From Naegleria gruberi (lineage: Eukaryota), in assembly GCA_000004985.1 (NCBI GenBank), contig GG739002.1: 12,424 bases of DNA. The stretch is one strand, 5' to 3'. This document shows, piece after piece, positions 1-8,006 of this stretch. The notes under the pieces are model-generated. The model did not search any database. It had not been told where the DNA came from and saw nothing but the letters and a program-made list of their open reading frames with translations. The first letter of the stretch is position 1. Each line of letters begins with the position of its first letter. Both the position numbers and the translations under genes were made by a program.

Positions 1-240
1 ATTATCAAATGTCAAACACTATTTAACATCATGAATAATATTTAATAATATTTAATAATAGACAAATTCTAAAAGTAAAAAGAAATATTCATTTCTATGT
101 ACACCATTTTGGAAATTAACATCATTGGGTAGATCATCCATGTTATATTTATATATTAGTTTATTAATTGTTATATTTTTTGTAATTTTATCTGCTTTAC
201 ACGCTCCTTATTTGTATTTTTATGCACAAGTATGTTTATA

Positions 241-297
241 TTTAATAATAATAATATTTAATAATATATTTAATATTACAATAATATTTAATATTTA
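241..297. repeat. aataatattt-type simple repeat in the 5' flank of the OSCA-like gene. The same family occurs at 34..60, in intron 1 (582..603), intron 4 (1545..1622) and intron 5 (2040..2122)
   Basis: The unit taataatatttaataata recurs and is near-palindromic (aatatt). Every non-coding piece of the first 2.7 kb is built from it. Confidence 0.8.
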
Positions 298-332
298 TTG
301 TAAAGAAAACTAATCCTTCAACATTTTTTCAA

Positions 333-505
333 ATGAGTATGGCTAACTATGATTTAAATGCAAGTGGTGGTGTTAATATTGCATTTGGTACTCTTGAAGT
401 TGTAATTGCTTTATTTTCTATTGTTTATTTACGTTTCCTTTTTTGGATAACTAATAGAATTAATGATAAAGTTGCAAAGAGAACTATTTCAGTAGCTGAT
501 TATTC
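333..505 (+). CDS. OSCA-like gene exon 1 (ATG at 333, ends in phase 2 before GTAAGT at 506)
   Basis: Reads MSMANYDLNASGGVNIAFGTLEVVIALFSIVYLRFLFWITNRINDKVAKRTISVADY(S). The donor is tcg|gtaagt. Confidence 0.6.
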
Positions 506-2727
506 GTAAGTTTTTAGCATTTATTTTTTAATTTATTAAATATAATTAAATTATTTAAATATTACCATATATATACTATTTAACAATAATATTTAATAAT
601 AATTAGAGTACATATTCGTGATTTACCATCAACAGAAGCAGCACATGGTAAAAAACGATTATATAAACATTTTAGTAAATTTGGTAAATTAGATAATATT
701 GCACTAGCCTTAGATTGTGGTGATATAAGTAAATCTATTAAAAAGAAAGATGAACTAATTAAGGAAATTGAAAAATGTGATATTGTAATTAGTAGAGGTG
801 GTTGTTTTGTTTTAATTGAAAAAATTAAGAGAATTTACTTTTCAATTTATTTAAATTTTATTCAAAAAGATATTGCTAAAAGTATGAGAAAGAAAGCTTA
901 TAGATGTACAGGTGATGCTTTTATTAGTATGTTATTTATATATATCTTTATATATTTATATATTTAATATTTTTAATATTTTTATATTTTTATATTTTAT
1001 AATTTTATATTTTTATATTTATTTTAATATTTATTTTATTATTATTAAAATGGTAATGAATTCAGCATTTGAAAATGAAAAGTCTAGATTTAAATGTCTT
1101 CATACATTTAATAGACCAATGATTCAGAGAATTTGTTCTAAATCTGGTACTTATTCTAAAAAGAAACATAGAATTAGAGTTGAACCTGCACATGAACCTC
1201 ATGATATTATTTGGGAAAATTTGTATGTTATTTTTAATTTAATTTTAAATATTTATTTTATATTTATTTTTATATATTTTAAATATTTTTTAGAGAATAT
1301 TCTGTAATTTCCAAATATAGTAGACGTTCAGTATCATTTTTAGCAACAGTACTATTTTCAGGTGCAGTGGTTGCAGTAGCTGTTGTTTTAGAAGTTTTGA
1401 AAAAGGACAAATTTTCAAGTATTTCCATTTCTGATTGGATTGAAAATCCTTCCTTCCAAAATTGGCAAATTTTTGCGAGTCTCGGATTGTCAGTTTTGGT
1501 TTTTATTCTTGTACAAGTAATGACCTATATTTTATATTGTAAGTTTTATTTAAATATTATTTAATATTTAATATTAAATACTTTACAATAATATTAAATA
1601 ATAATATATTACAATATTAATAGTATTATCTAATTTTGAAAAACATCGTTTTCAATTAAATGCTAAACAAAGTTTAATGATGAAAGTAACATTTGGTTCC
1701 TTCTTAACAACAATAGCCTATTTATTTGTATATTTAACATCACCGACAGTTGGCAGTTATTATTCTGAAATGACAGATAATAGTGTTATTATACCAAAAG
1801 GAGCATTTACAATTGGTAATGCTAATATTCCAATTCTAGTTGAAAGTTCAGCATGGTACAGTTCATTATTTTTTGTAACATGTACAAGTGTTGCATCAAA
1901 TACTATTAAGGATGCCTTATTAGGAATTTATCATTATTTTTTAAAAAGATATAGAATTGCAACAAGTGTTACACAAGAAGATTTAAATAAGGCACATGAA
2001 CCACCTGTTTATTCTTATGAATGTATGTTTTTTATTTAAATTTTATCATTTTAATATTTTAATATTTTAATATTTTTTAATTTATTTTTTAATTTAATTT
2101 TAATATAAATATAAATATATAGATAGATATTCATATCAATTAAAAAATATGTTTATTGGTATTGTATTTAGTGGATTATTTCCAGTATCATTATTTATAA
2201 TAACAGGTGGATTAATGGCATGTTATTTTGTTGATAAATTTAATATTTTAAAAATTTATAGAGCTGAAGGTAAAGAAGTTGACTTGTTATCACCTACAGC
2301 ACTCAATTTTTTATCAATTGCATTTTTATTAAGATATATTTTAATGTCAATTACAAGAATTTACTTTACAATAAGTTTAAATTATGATCCATCAAATACT
2401 AGTCAACCTGTACTTTCTATTATTACTCCTTATCATATTTGTTTCTTTTCTGCATTTTTACTTTATATTATTTATTTAATTATTCATTTCTTTACAACTG
2501 GTACTAATTTTGTACAAAAATATTTTTGTTGTCCTAGATTTAGACATCCAAATTATATTACTAAAAATGGTGAAAAATCTATTAATGATTATAGAAATGG
2601 ATTTGATAAATATATTCCACCAATTGATGTTTCAAATGTTAAATATGTTTATCATGGTGAAGAATTAGAAACTGTTGATCCAAATCAAGCAAATTTACAT
2701 CCAAAAACAGCTGCACAAATTGTTTAA
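333..2727 (+). CDS. Six-exon gene for a CSC1/OSCA/TMEM63-like (DUF221) calcium-permeable stress-gated cation channel homologue, about 622 aa. Exons are 333..505, 607..926, 1066..1222, 1324..1538, 1624..2022, 2123..2727
   Basis: The spliced translation carries OSCA-family landmarks. These are an N-terminal TM helix (GTLEVVIALFSIVYLRFLFW), a YSVHIRDLP segment (compare TVLVRNVP), AFITFENEKSR (compare AFVSFKSR), the signature VEPAHEPHDIIWENL (compare APEPRDVFWSNL), and then multiple TM helices. All five introns begin GTAAGT or GTATGT and end in AG. The exon lengths sum to 1869 nt, which is 623 codons, and the phases are consistent at every junction. The stop is TAA at 2725..2727. Reading without splicing hits a stop in every intron. 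Confidence 0.7.
607..926 (+). CDS. OSCA-like gene exon 2
   Basis: The acceptor is aattag|a at 605..606. Reads (S)VHIRDLPSTEAAHGKKRLYKHF...RCTGDAFI. The donor is a|gtatgt at 927. Confidence 0.6.
937..1048. repeat. AT-only microsatellite filling intron 2 (tatattttta / tattttata type units)
   Basis: The interval contains no G or C. It is made of reiterated tatttttata, tattttat and aatatttatttta units. Confidence 0.8.
1066..1222 (+). CDS. OSCA-like gene exon 3 (carries the AP-x-P-x-DI-x-W-x-NL signature)
   Basis: The acceptor is ttcag| at 1064..1065. Reads (T)FENEKSRFKCLHTFNRPMIQRICSKSGTYSKKKHRIRVEPAHEPHDIIWEN(L). The donor is tt|gtatgt at 1223. Confidence 0.6.
1324..1538 (+). CDS. OSCA-like gene exon 4
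   Basis: There is a tandem acceptor atatag|tag|, with AGs at 1319..1320 and 1322..1323. I chose 1323 because it keeps the conserved W-E-N-L motif. Reads (L)RSVSFLATVLFSGAVVAVAVVLEVLKKDKF...QVMTYILY. The donor is t|gtaagt at 1539. Confidence 0.5.
1624..2022 (+). CDS. OSCA-like gene exon 5
   Basis: The acceptor is attaatag| at 1622..1623. Reads (L)LSNFEKHRFQLNAKQSLMMKVTFGSFLTTIAYLFVYLTSP...VYSYE. The donor is t|gtatgt at 2023. Confidence 0.55.
2123..2727 (+). CDS. OSCA-like gene exon 6 (terminal)
   Basis: The acceptor is atatatag| at 2121..2122. Reads (Y)RYSYQLKNMFIGIVFSGLFPVSLFIITGGLMACYF...HPKTAAQIV and ends at a TAA stop. Confidence 0.55.
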
Positions 2728-2799
2728 TAAAAAATAATTTAAAACTAGATCAACTCCACATTCTTCGAATAGAATTTAACATAATAAAGAGTAATTTAT

Positions 2800-3418
2800 T
2801 TATTGGAACATTTTAAATATATGAAATACATTTGGCACCAACATTTCCAATGTTATTGTCACACTAATATTAAGTTTGGTTAATTGATGTAAATCACAAA
2901 TATATTTGGTTCCTTCGTCTTTGATGTCATTTTTGCTTAGATTAAGTATTGTTAATTGTTTCAGTTGACTAATAAATTTTGCTCCTTCAATACCAATTTC
3001 ATTTGATCTAATATCAAGGCATGTCAATTGCTTCAATCCCCTATATATTGAGCACCTTCCACACCAATCCTATTATGACCAATATTAAGATTTGTTAATT
3101 GATCCATTTTACTAATAAACCTTGCTCCCTCTCCATTCATCTTACTCTCATCAACAGTATCAACAGTAATACTAAGAAAAAACTCTTTTGCTGCAATTTC
3201 ATATTCAGCTCTTGTTTCTTCTATAATATCATAAGAAAAATCAAGACTTGTTCATTAAACCAAATGCGATCATGTTCTTTTCTTTTATATTGTAACAATT
3301 GCCATTTCATTTTCATGTCACACCTCAATAACAGTTTTCTTCTTTGCACAACATTTTAACCATTGTCTTGAAACTAAAGTACAGGTCATTGCTAAAAATT
3401 TAAACTCTTCATGGAATG
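2800..3418 (-). CDS. Leucine-rich-repeat protein of RNI/ribonuclease-inhibitor type. It is 5'-truncated by the gap, has one 75-nt intron (3247..3321), and has one apparent +/-1 frameshift near 3037..3041
   Basis: The minus-strand translation gives tandem repeats of about 24 aa of the L-x-x-L-x-L-x-x-N-x-I-G-x-E-G-A type. The text reads LDFSYDIIEE TRAEYEIAAKEFF LSITVDTVDESKMNGEGARFISKMDQLTNLNIGHNRIGVEGAQYIG | (shift) | LKQLTCLDIRSNEIGIEGAKFISQLKQLTILNLSKNDIKDEGTKYICDLHQLTKLNIS...MFQ, then a stop at 2800..2802. The upstream exon reads ...FHEEFKFLAMTCTLVSRQWLKCCAKKKTVIEV and joins in frame through a GTGACA...ACAAG intron. Confidence 0.55.
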
Positions 3419-4782
3419 NNNNNNNNNNNNNNNNNNNNNNNNNNNNNNNNNNNNNNNNNNNNNNNNNNNNNNNNNNNNNNNNNNNNNNNNNNNNNNNNNN
3501 NNNNNNNNNNNNNNNNNNNNNNNNNNNNNNNNNNNNNNNNNNNNNNNNNNNNNNNNNNNNNNNNNNNNNNNNNNNNNNNNNNNNNNNNNNNNNNNNNNNN
3601 NNNNNNNNNNNNNNNNNNNNNNNNNNNNNNNNNNNNNNNNNNNNNNNNNNNNNNNNNNNNNNNNNNNNNNNNNNNNNNNNNNNNNNNNNNNNNNNNNNNN
3701 NNNNNNNNNNNNNNNNNNNNNNNNNNNNNNNNNNNNNNNNNNNNNNNNNNNNNNNNNNNNNNNNNNNNNNNNNNNNNNNNNNNNNNNNNNNNNNNNNNNN
3801 NNNNNNNNNNNNNNNNNNNNNNNNNNNNNNNNNNNNNNNNNNNNNNNNNNNNNNNNNNNNNNNNNNNNNNNNNNNNNNNNNNNNNNNNNNNNNNNNNNNN
3901 NNNNNNNNNNNNNNNNNNNNNNNNNNNNNNNNNNNNNNNNNNNNNNNNNNNNNNNNNNNNNNNNNNNNNNNNNNNNNNNNNNNNNNNNNNNNNNNNNNNN
4001 NNNNNNNNNNNNNNNNNNNNNNNNNNNNNNNNNNNNNNNNNNNNNNNNNNNNNNNNNNNNNNNNNNNNNNNNNNNNNNNNNNNNNNNNNNNNNNNNNNNN
4101 NNNNNNNNNNNNNNNNNNNNNNNNNNNNNNNNNNNNNNNNNNNNNNNNNNNNNNNNNNNNNNNNNNNNNNNNNNNNNNNNNNNNNNNNNNNNNNNNNNNN
4201 NNNNNNNNNNNNNNNNNNNNNNNNNNNNNNNNNNNNNNNNNNNNNNNNNNNNNNNNNNNNNNNNNNNNNNNNNNNNNNNNNNNNNNNNNNNNNNNNNNNN
4301 NNNNNNNNNNNNNNNNNNNNNNNNNNNNNNNNNNNNNNNNNNNNNNNNNNNNNNNNNNNNNNNNNNNNNNNNNNNNNNNNNNNNNNNNNNNNNNNNNNNN
4401 NNNNNNNNNNNNNNNNNNNNNNNNNNNNNNNNNNNNNNNNNNNNNNNNNNNNNNNNNNNNNNNNNNNNNNNNNNNNNNNNNNNNNNNNNNNNNNNNNNNN
4501 NNNNNNNNNNNNNNNNNNNNNNNNNNNNNNNNNNNNNNNNNNNNNNNNNNNNNNNNNNNNNNNNNNNNNNNNNNNNNNNNNNNNNNNNNNNNNNNNNNNN
4601 NNNNNNNNNNNNNNNNNNNNNNNNNNNNNNNNNNNNNNNNNNNNNNNNNNNNNNNNNNNNNNNNNNNNNNNNNNNNNNNNNNNNNNNNNNNNNNNNNNNN
4701 NNNNNNNNNNNNNNNNNNNNNNNNNNNNNNNNNNNNNNNNNNNNNNNNNNNNNNNNNNNNNNNNNNNNNNNNNNNNNNNNNN
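3419..4782. other. Assembly gap (1364 N)
   Basis: The interval is a run of n. Confidence 0.98.
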
Positions 4783-4827
4783 TCAATCAATCAATTACAA
4801 AAGAGAACTGTTGGTGAATATCTAGCA

Positions 4828-5199
4828 ATGGTAACACATAACAGTGGTAACAAGCATGATGAAAATAAGAATTCTTCCTCAACCAACAAAAAGAAGAAAC
4901 CACTCAAAGGTATTTCAGTAGGTGCACCACTTCCATTCTTTGGAACATGTGAACATTACAAGAATTCAAAGAGATGGTTCAGGTTCGATTGTTGTGGACG
5001 TGCCTATCCATGTGATATTTGCCATGAACTGGAATGCACTGCTCCATCTTCTGACATTATGGGTAGAAAAATGATTTGTGGATATTGCTCAAGAGAACAA
5101 GGACTTGCCCAGACATGTCACTTTTGTCAAAAGAATTTAATCAAAAAGATTTCAGAAAAAACTGGTAGAAGTGCTGCAAAAACCAAACAGCATAAATAA
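4828..5199 (+). CDS. Small CHY-type zinc-finger protein (zf-CHY, Hot13-like), 123 aa from the first ATG. The reading frame stays open upstream to the gap edge at 4783
   Basis: The text C-E-H-Y-x7-F-x-F-D-C-C-G-R-A-Y-P-C-D-I-C-H-E-L-E...C-G-Y-C...C-H-F-C matches the CHY zinc-finger Cys/His pattern. The stop is TAA at 5197..5199. There is no in-frame stop between 4783 and 4828, so the N-terminus may lie in the gap. Confidence 0.55.
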   Translation: MVTHNSGNKHDENKNSSSTNKKKKPLKGISVGAPLPFFGTCEHYKNSKRWFRFDCCGRAYPCDICHELECTAPSSDIMGRKMICGYCSREQGLAQTCHFCQKNLIKKISEKTGRSAAKTKQHK

Positions 5200-5410
5200 T
5201 TATCCTCCTTATTGCTTTACTCTTGTAATAAAAGAACAAATATTTTGAATAGGTCCTTCTTTTAAATTTTCATCCAAGTCTGAAATGTCAACTGGTTCTT
5301 GTGCCTTTAGTTTTTTTGACCTTCCACAAGTTGAACTTTTCTTATCTGAAAACTAATCTTCCACTTCTCTTTCAAGAGACTGGTCACCAGAATCAAGAAT
5401 TAAAAACGAT

Positions 5411-5695
5411 TTACTGTTTTTGACCTATTCTTGTAACAATTATATCTACTGTCTTTTCTGAGAATATCAATCCAGGGAAAACCTGCTGGTAACTTAATTG
5501 TAAACACAGAGAGTCAGAAGAGCAATGCTGTAATTGTTCAAATATGATTATTGTTCTATTGGATGGTAAAAGATGATGACCCAAAAACTTTCCAGTACGA
5601 GGTTTGTGAAATACTCTCTTTCTCTCGCGTGACTTGCTCTTGGTATAGTTCAGTAATTGGTCACAATTTTGTGTTGCTTTAAGAGTTTGATCCAA
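5411..5695 (-). other. A 94-codon open frame in the SAME frame as 5705..6379, separated from it only by the TAG at 5702..5704. It could be a C-terminal extension (through sequencing error, readthrough or an in-frame mini-intron) or a chance ORF in the 3'UTR
   Basis: The text reads ...VVQITC * KELDQTLKATQNCDQLLNYTKSKSRERKRVFHKPRTGKF.... The frame is identical on both sides of the TAG. A 30-nt GT..AG stretch (gttagaaggagttggatcaaactcttaaag) spanning the TAG is in frame. Confidence 0.25.
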
Positions 5696-5704
5696 CTCCT
5701 TCTA

Positions 5705-6379
5705 ACATGTAATTTGGACAACCGAATTGAAATCAACCCTCTCTTTGTAATAATCAATGGCAGAATATGGTAAAATTACATCTAAAGATGTATCGTCCTC
5801 ATTTCTTGCAATCATTGGTCCAATCACATCTATATCCTCAGGTTTTCCTTCGAATGAGGTGTAATTTCTGTTTGTAGAATATTGATGAGAACTTCTTTTT
5901 GTCTTTGATAATATTCTGAACTTGGGTACTGAGAGTGGAGTTTTGATTAAGGAGCATAATTGCAAGCCAAATTTGTACAGTGTAGCCTTTAAAAGATCCA
6001 GACAGACACTACAAGAGTTATTGAAAGTGGCAAACCACTCCTTAGGGAAATATAAAGTTGTTTCTCTGATATACCTTAATGCACAAGTATCTGGAATTTT
6101 TAGTGTAATGATGTCATTTTCAAGGTTGATTCTCACCAATCCAGAATGGTTAAACGGTAGGAGATATTTAATTACTTCATTTGAACTTCTTCCAGTCAAA
6201 ACACCACGATTTTCATCTTTTTCCAAACCAAACCAATTAGGGAATGAGAAAATAATGACCAATTTTTCTAATAGCTTCTCCTTTAAAGGTGTTTTCATGC
6301 TAATAGTGAGGAGCTGTTTTAACATGTTCTGTTGTTTGGTCCTGTAAATGTTATATGCACTATCGAGTGTGTCTAGCAA
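5705..6379 (-). CDS. Hypothetical protein ORF. It is either the downstream exon(s) of the 6475..6947 gene or a separate tandem gene starting at the ATG on the minus strand at 6323..6325. It ends at TAG (5702..5704)
   Basis: It is a 225-codon open frame with protein-like composition (…LVIIFSFPNWFGLEKDENRGVLTGRSSNEVIKYLLPF…DTCALRYIRETTLYFPKEWF…). I recognise no domain. A possible phase-0 intron, aag|GTGTTG (donor at 6531) … caacAG| (acceptor at 6329), would join it to the upstream ORF, but this is unverified. Confidence 0.4.
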
Positions 6380-6474
6380 TAATTGTTATGGGAAGACTTG
6401 AATGGTTCCTTAGTTCTAGTAAGAAGTATAGCATGTTCTTAGGCGTTCCTGAAAGATCTTCTTCAATTTTGCTT

Positions 6475-6947
6475 TTAAATTGTTTGGCCTTCTATTTGTA
6501 ATTCTGTCCATTTTAAAACAATATTCAACACCTTCTGAACTCGTTCTGCAGAAAAGGATGGCAATGGAGGGCAAGCAATAGAATCAAACTGACTCTTTCC
6601 TTGGATGTCATCATTTCCCAACGCACTTGTTCCTGTAAGTATCATCTTTACATTATTCGAGCAGGGTGATATGGAATAAAGTACCTTTAAGAATTGATGG
6701 TAATCTTCCATTAGTAATTGGCAATCATCTATATGAAAAAATAATAAAGCATCCTTCCCTAAAACTTTACTTTCTCTGAAAAGGTTTCCTTCTGGATTTG
6801 TTACGATTATTCTTTTGTTTGTTTGGCTAAACTGGGGTAAATAATTAATGGTTGAACCAAAAAATTGATGCCATCCACTTGCAGAATTCAGGAATCCAGA
6901 AATACTCGGGCTTATTAGTACTTGATAAACATTAGGGAACAATTTTG
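6475..6947 (-). CDS. Partial CDS whose 5' end is in the gap. It carries a degenerate AAA+-like Walker-B / sensor-1 segment, of the kind seen in ORC3-, Rad17- or clamp-loader-type initiator ATPases. The function is uncertain
   Basis: The text ...KRIIVTNPEGNLFRESKVLGKDALLFFHIDDCQLLMEDYHQFLKVLYSISPCSNNVKMILTGTSALGNDDIQ... fits the hhhhDD (Walker B) … hhhhTGTS (sensor 1) spacing found in ORC/RFC-like proteins. The frame is open into the N run, with no start codon. The TAA stop is at 6475..6477. Confidence 0.35.
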
Positions 6948-7500
6948 NNNNNNNNNNNNNNNNNNNNNNNNNNNNNNNNNNNNNNNNNNNNNNNNNNNNN
7001 NNNNNNNNNNNNNNNNNNNNNNNNNNNNNNNNNNNNNNNNNNNNNNNNNNNNNNNNNNNNNNNNNNNNNNNNNNNNNNNNNNNNNNNNNNNNNNNNNNNN
7101 NNNNNNNNNNNNNNNNNNNNNNNNNNNNNNNNNNNNNNNNNNNNNNNNNNNNNNNNNNNNNNNNNNNNNNNNNNNNNNNNNNNNNNNNNNNNNNNNNNNN
7201 NNNNNNNNNNNNNNNNNNNNNNNNNNNNNNNNNNNNNNNNNNNNNNNNNNNNNNNNNNNNNNNNNNNNNNNNNNNNNNNNNNNNNNNNNNNNNNNNNNNN
7301 NNNNNNNNNNNNNNNNNNNNNNNNNNNNNNNNNNNNNNNNNNNNNNNNNNNNNNNNNNNNNNNNNNNNNNNNNNNNNNNNNNNNNNNNNNNNNNNNNNNN
7401 NNNNNNNNNNNNNNNNNNNNNNNNNNNNNNNNNNNNNNNNNNNNNNNNNNNNNNNNNNNNNNNNNNNNNNNNNNNNNNNNNNNNNNNNNNNNNNNNNNNN
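6948..7500. other. Assembly gap (553 N)
   Basis: The interval is a run of n. Confidence 0.98.
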
Positions 7501-7943
7501 AATGGGTTAAAGCACCAATGAAAATTGATGGTAAAACATTTGTAACTTGTGAACAATACATGATGTATCAGAAGGCACAATTATTCAATGATCATGAAAT
7601 GGCAGAAAAGATTTTAAAAACCTCCGATCCAAAGCAATGTAAAGAATTTGGTAGAAAAGTCAAGAATTTTGATACCAATCAATGGGAAGCCAATAGAGAT
7701 CGAATTGTTTATGAGGGAAATTATGCAAAATTCACACAAAATGAAGAAATGAGAAGAGATTTACTTTCCAGATTGGATGTTGAATATGTTGAAGCTTCTC
7801 CATATGATAAAATTTGGGGAATTGGATTGGAAGAGAAGGATCAGAGAGCTCATGATAGATCTCAATGGAAAGGTTTGAATTTATTAGGTAGAATTATTAC
7901 ACAGATCAGAGATGATTTAATTAATGAATCAGCAAAAAAGTAG
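7501..7943 (+). CDS. NADAR domain protein (DUF1768, YbiA-like N-glycosidase family). It is partial, with its 5' end in the gap
   Basis: The text MKIDGKTFVTCEQYMMYQKAQLF … KFTQNEEMRRDLLSRLDVEYVEASPYDKIWGIGLEEKDQRAHDRSQWKGLNLLGRIITQIRDDL aligns block by block with E. coli YbiA (VDGKTWPTSEHYFQAQKF … LVEHTENDAYWGDG … NRLGYLLMELREQL). The stop is TAG at 7941..7943. Confidence 0.75.
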
Positions 7944-8006
7944 AAATTTTATATTTTTCTTAAATTGCAATAAATTTGATCAATATCGAAATTTACAATT
8001 TAAAAA

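Noticed and set aside
125-313. A 62-aa + ORF (MGRSSMLYLYISLLIVIFF…)
   Set aside because: It lies wholly in the AT-microsatellite 5' flank. It is low-complexity I/L/F/Y/N sequence typical of translated AT repeats, and I see no protein-like motifs.
912-1307. A 131-aa + ORF spanning intron 2, exon 3 and part of intron 3
   Set aside because: Only the middle part (NSAFENEKSRF…IIWENL) is genuine exon 3 of the OSCA-like gene. Both ends are translated AT-repeat intron. The boundaries are replaced by the spliced model.
1-2130. Regularly recurring short AT repeats that could superficially resemble a repeat-spacer array
   Set aside because: The units are irregular in length and G/C-free. They sit inside spliceosomal introns of a eukaryotic gene and are palindromic microsatellite, not CRISPR repeats with unique spacers. 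No cas-like genes are present.
3099-3359. An 86-aa + ORF (MIHFTNKPCSLSIHL…)
   Set aside because: It is antisense to the well-supported LRR gene, with no motif and odd composition. It is a chance shadow ORF.
2800-3418. An initial impression of three frameshifts in the LRR gene, which would make it a heavily decayed pseudogene
   Set aside because: On careful re-derivation of the reverse complement, one apparent shift was my own transcription error (the run is T6, not T5, at 3177..3182). A second is explained by a 75-nt GT…AG intron. Only one 1-nt discontinuity remains, so 'heavily decayed pseudogene' is not supported.
3318-4825. Several long ORFs of 460-490 'aa' made almost entirely of X
   Set aside because: These are artefacts of translating the N-run gap. 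Only their short real ends, such as FHEEFKFLAMTCTLVSRQWLKCCAKKKTVIEV on the minus strand, are meaningful, and those are included in the LRR gene model.
5922-6347. A 141-aa + ORF antisense to the minus-strand gene
   Set aside because: It lies fully inside the better-supported minus-strand 225-codon ORF and has no recognisable motifs. It is probably a shadow ORF of the GC-richer region.
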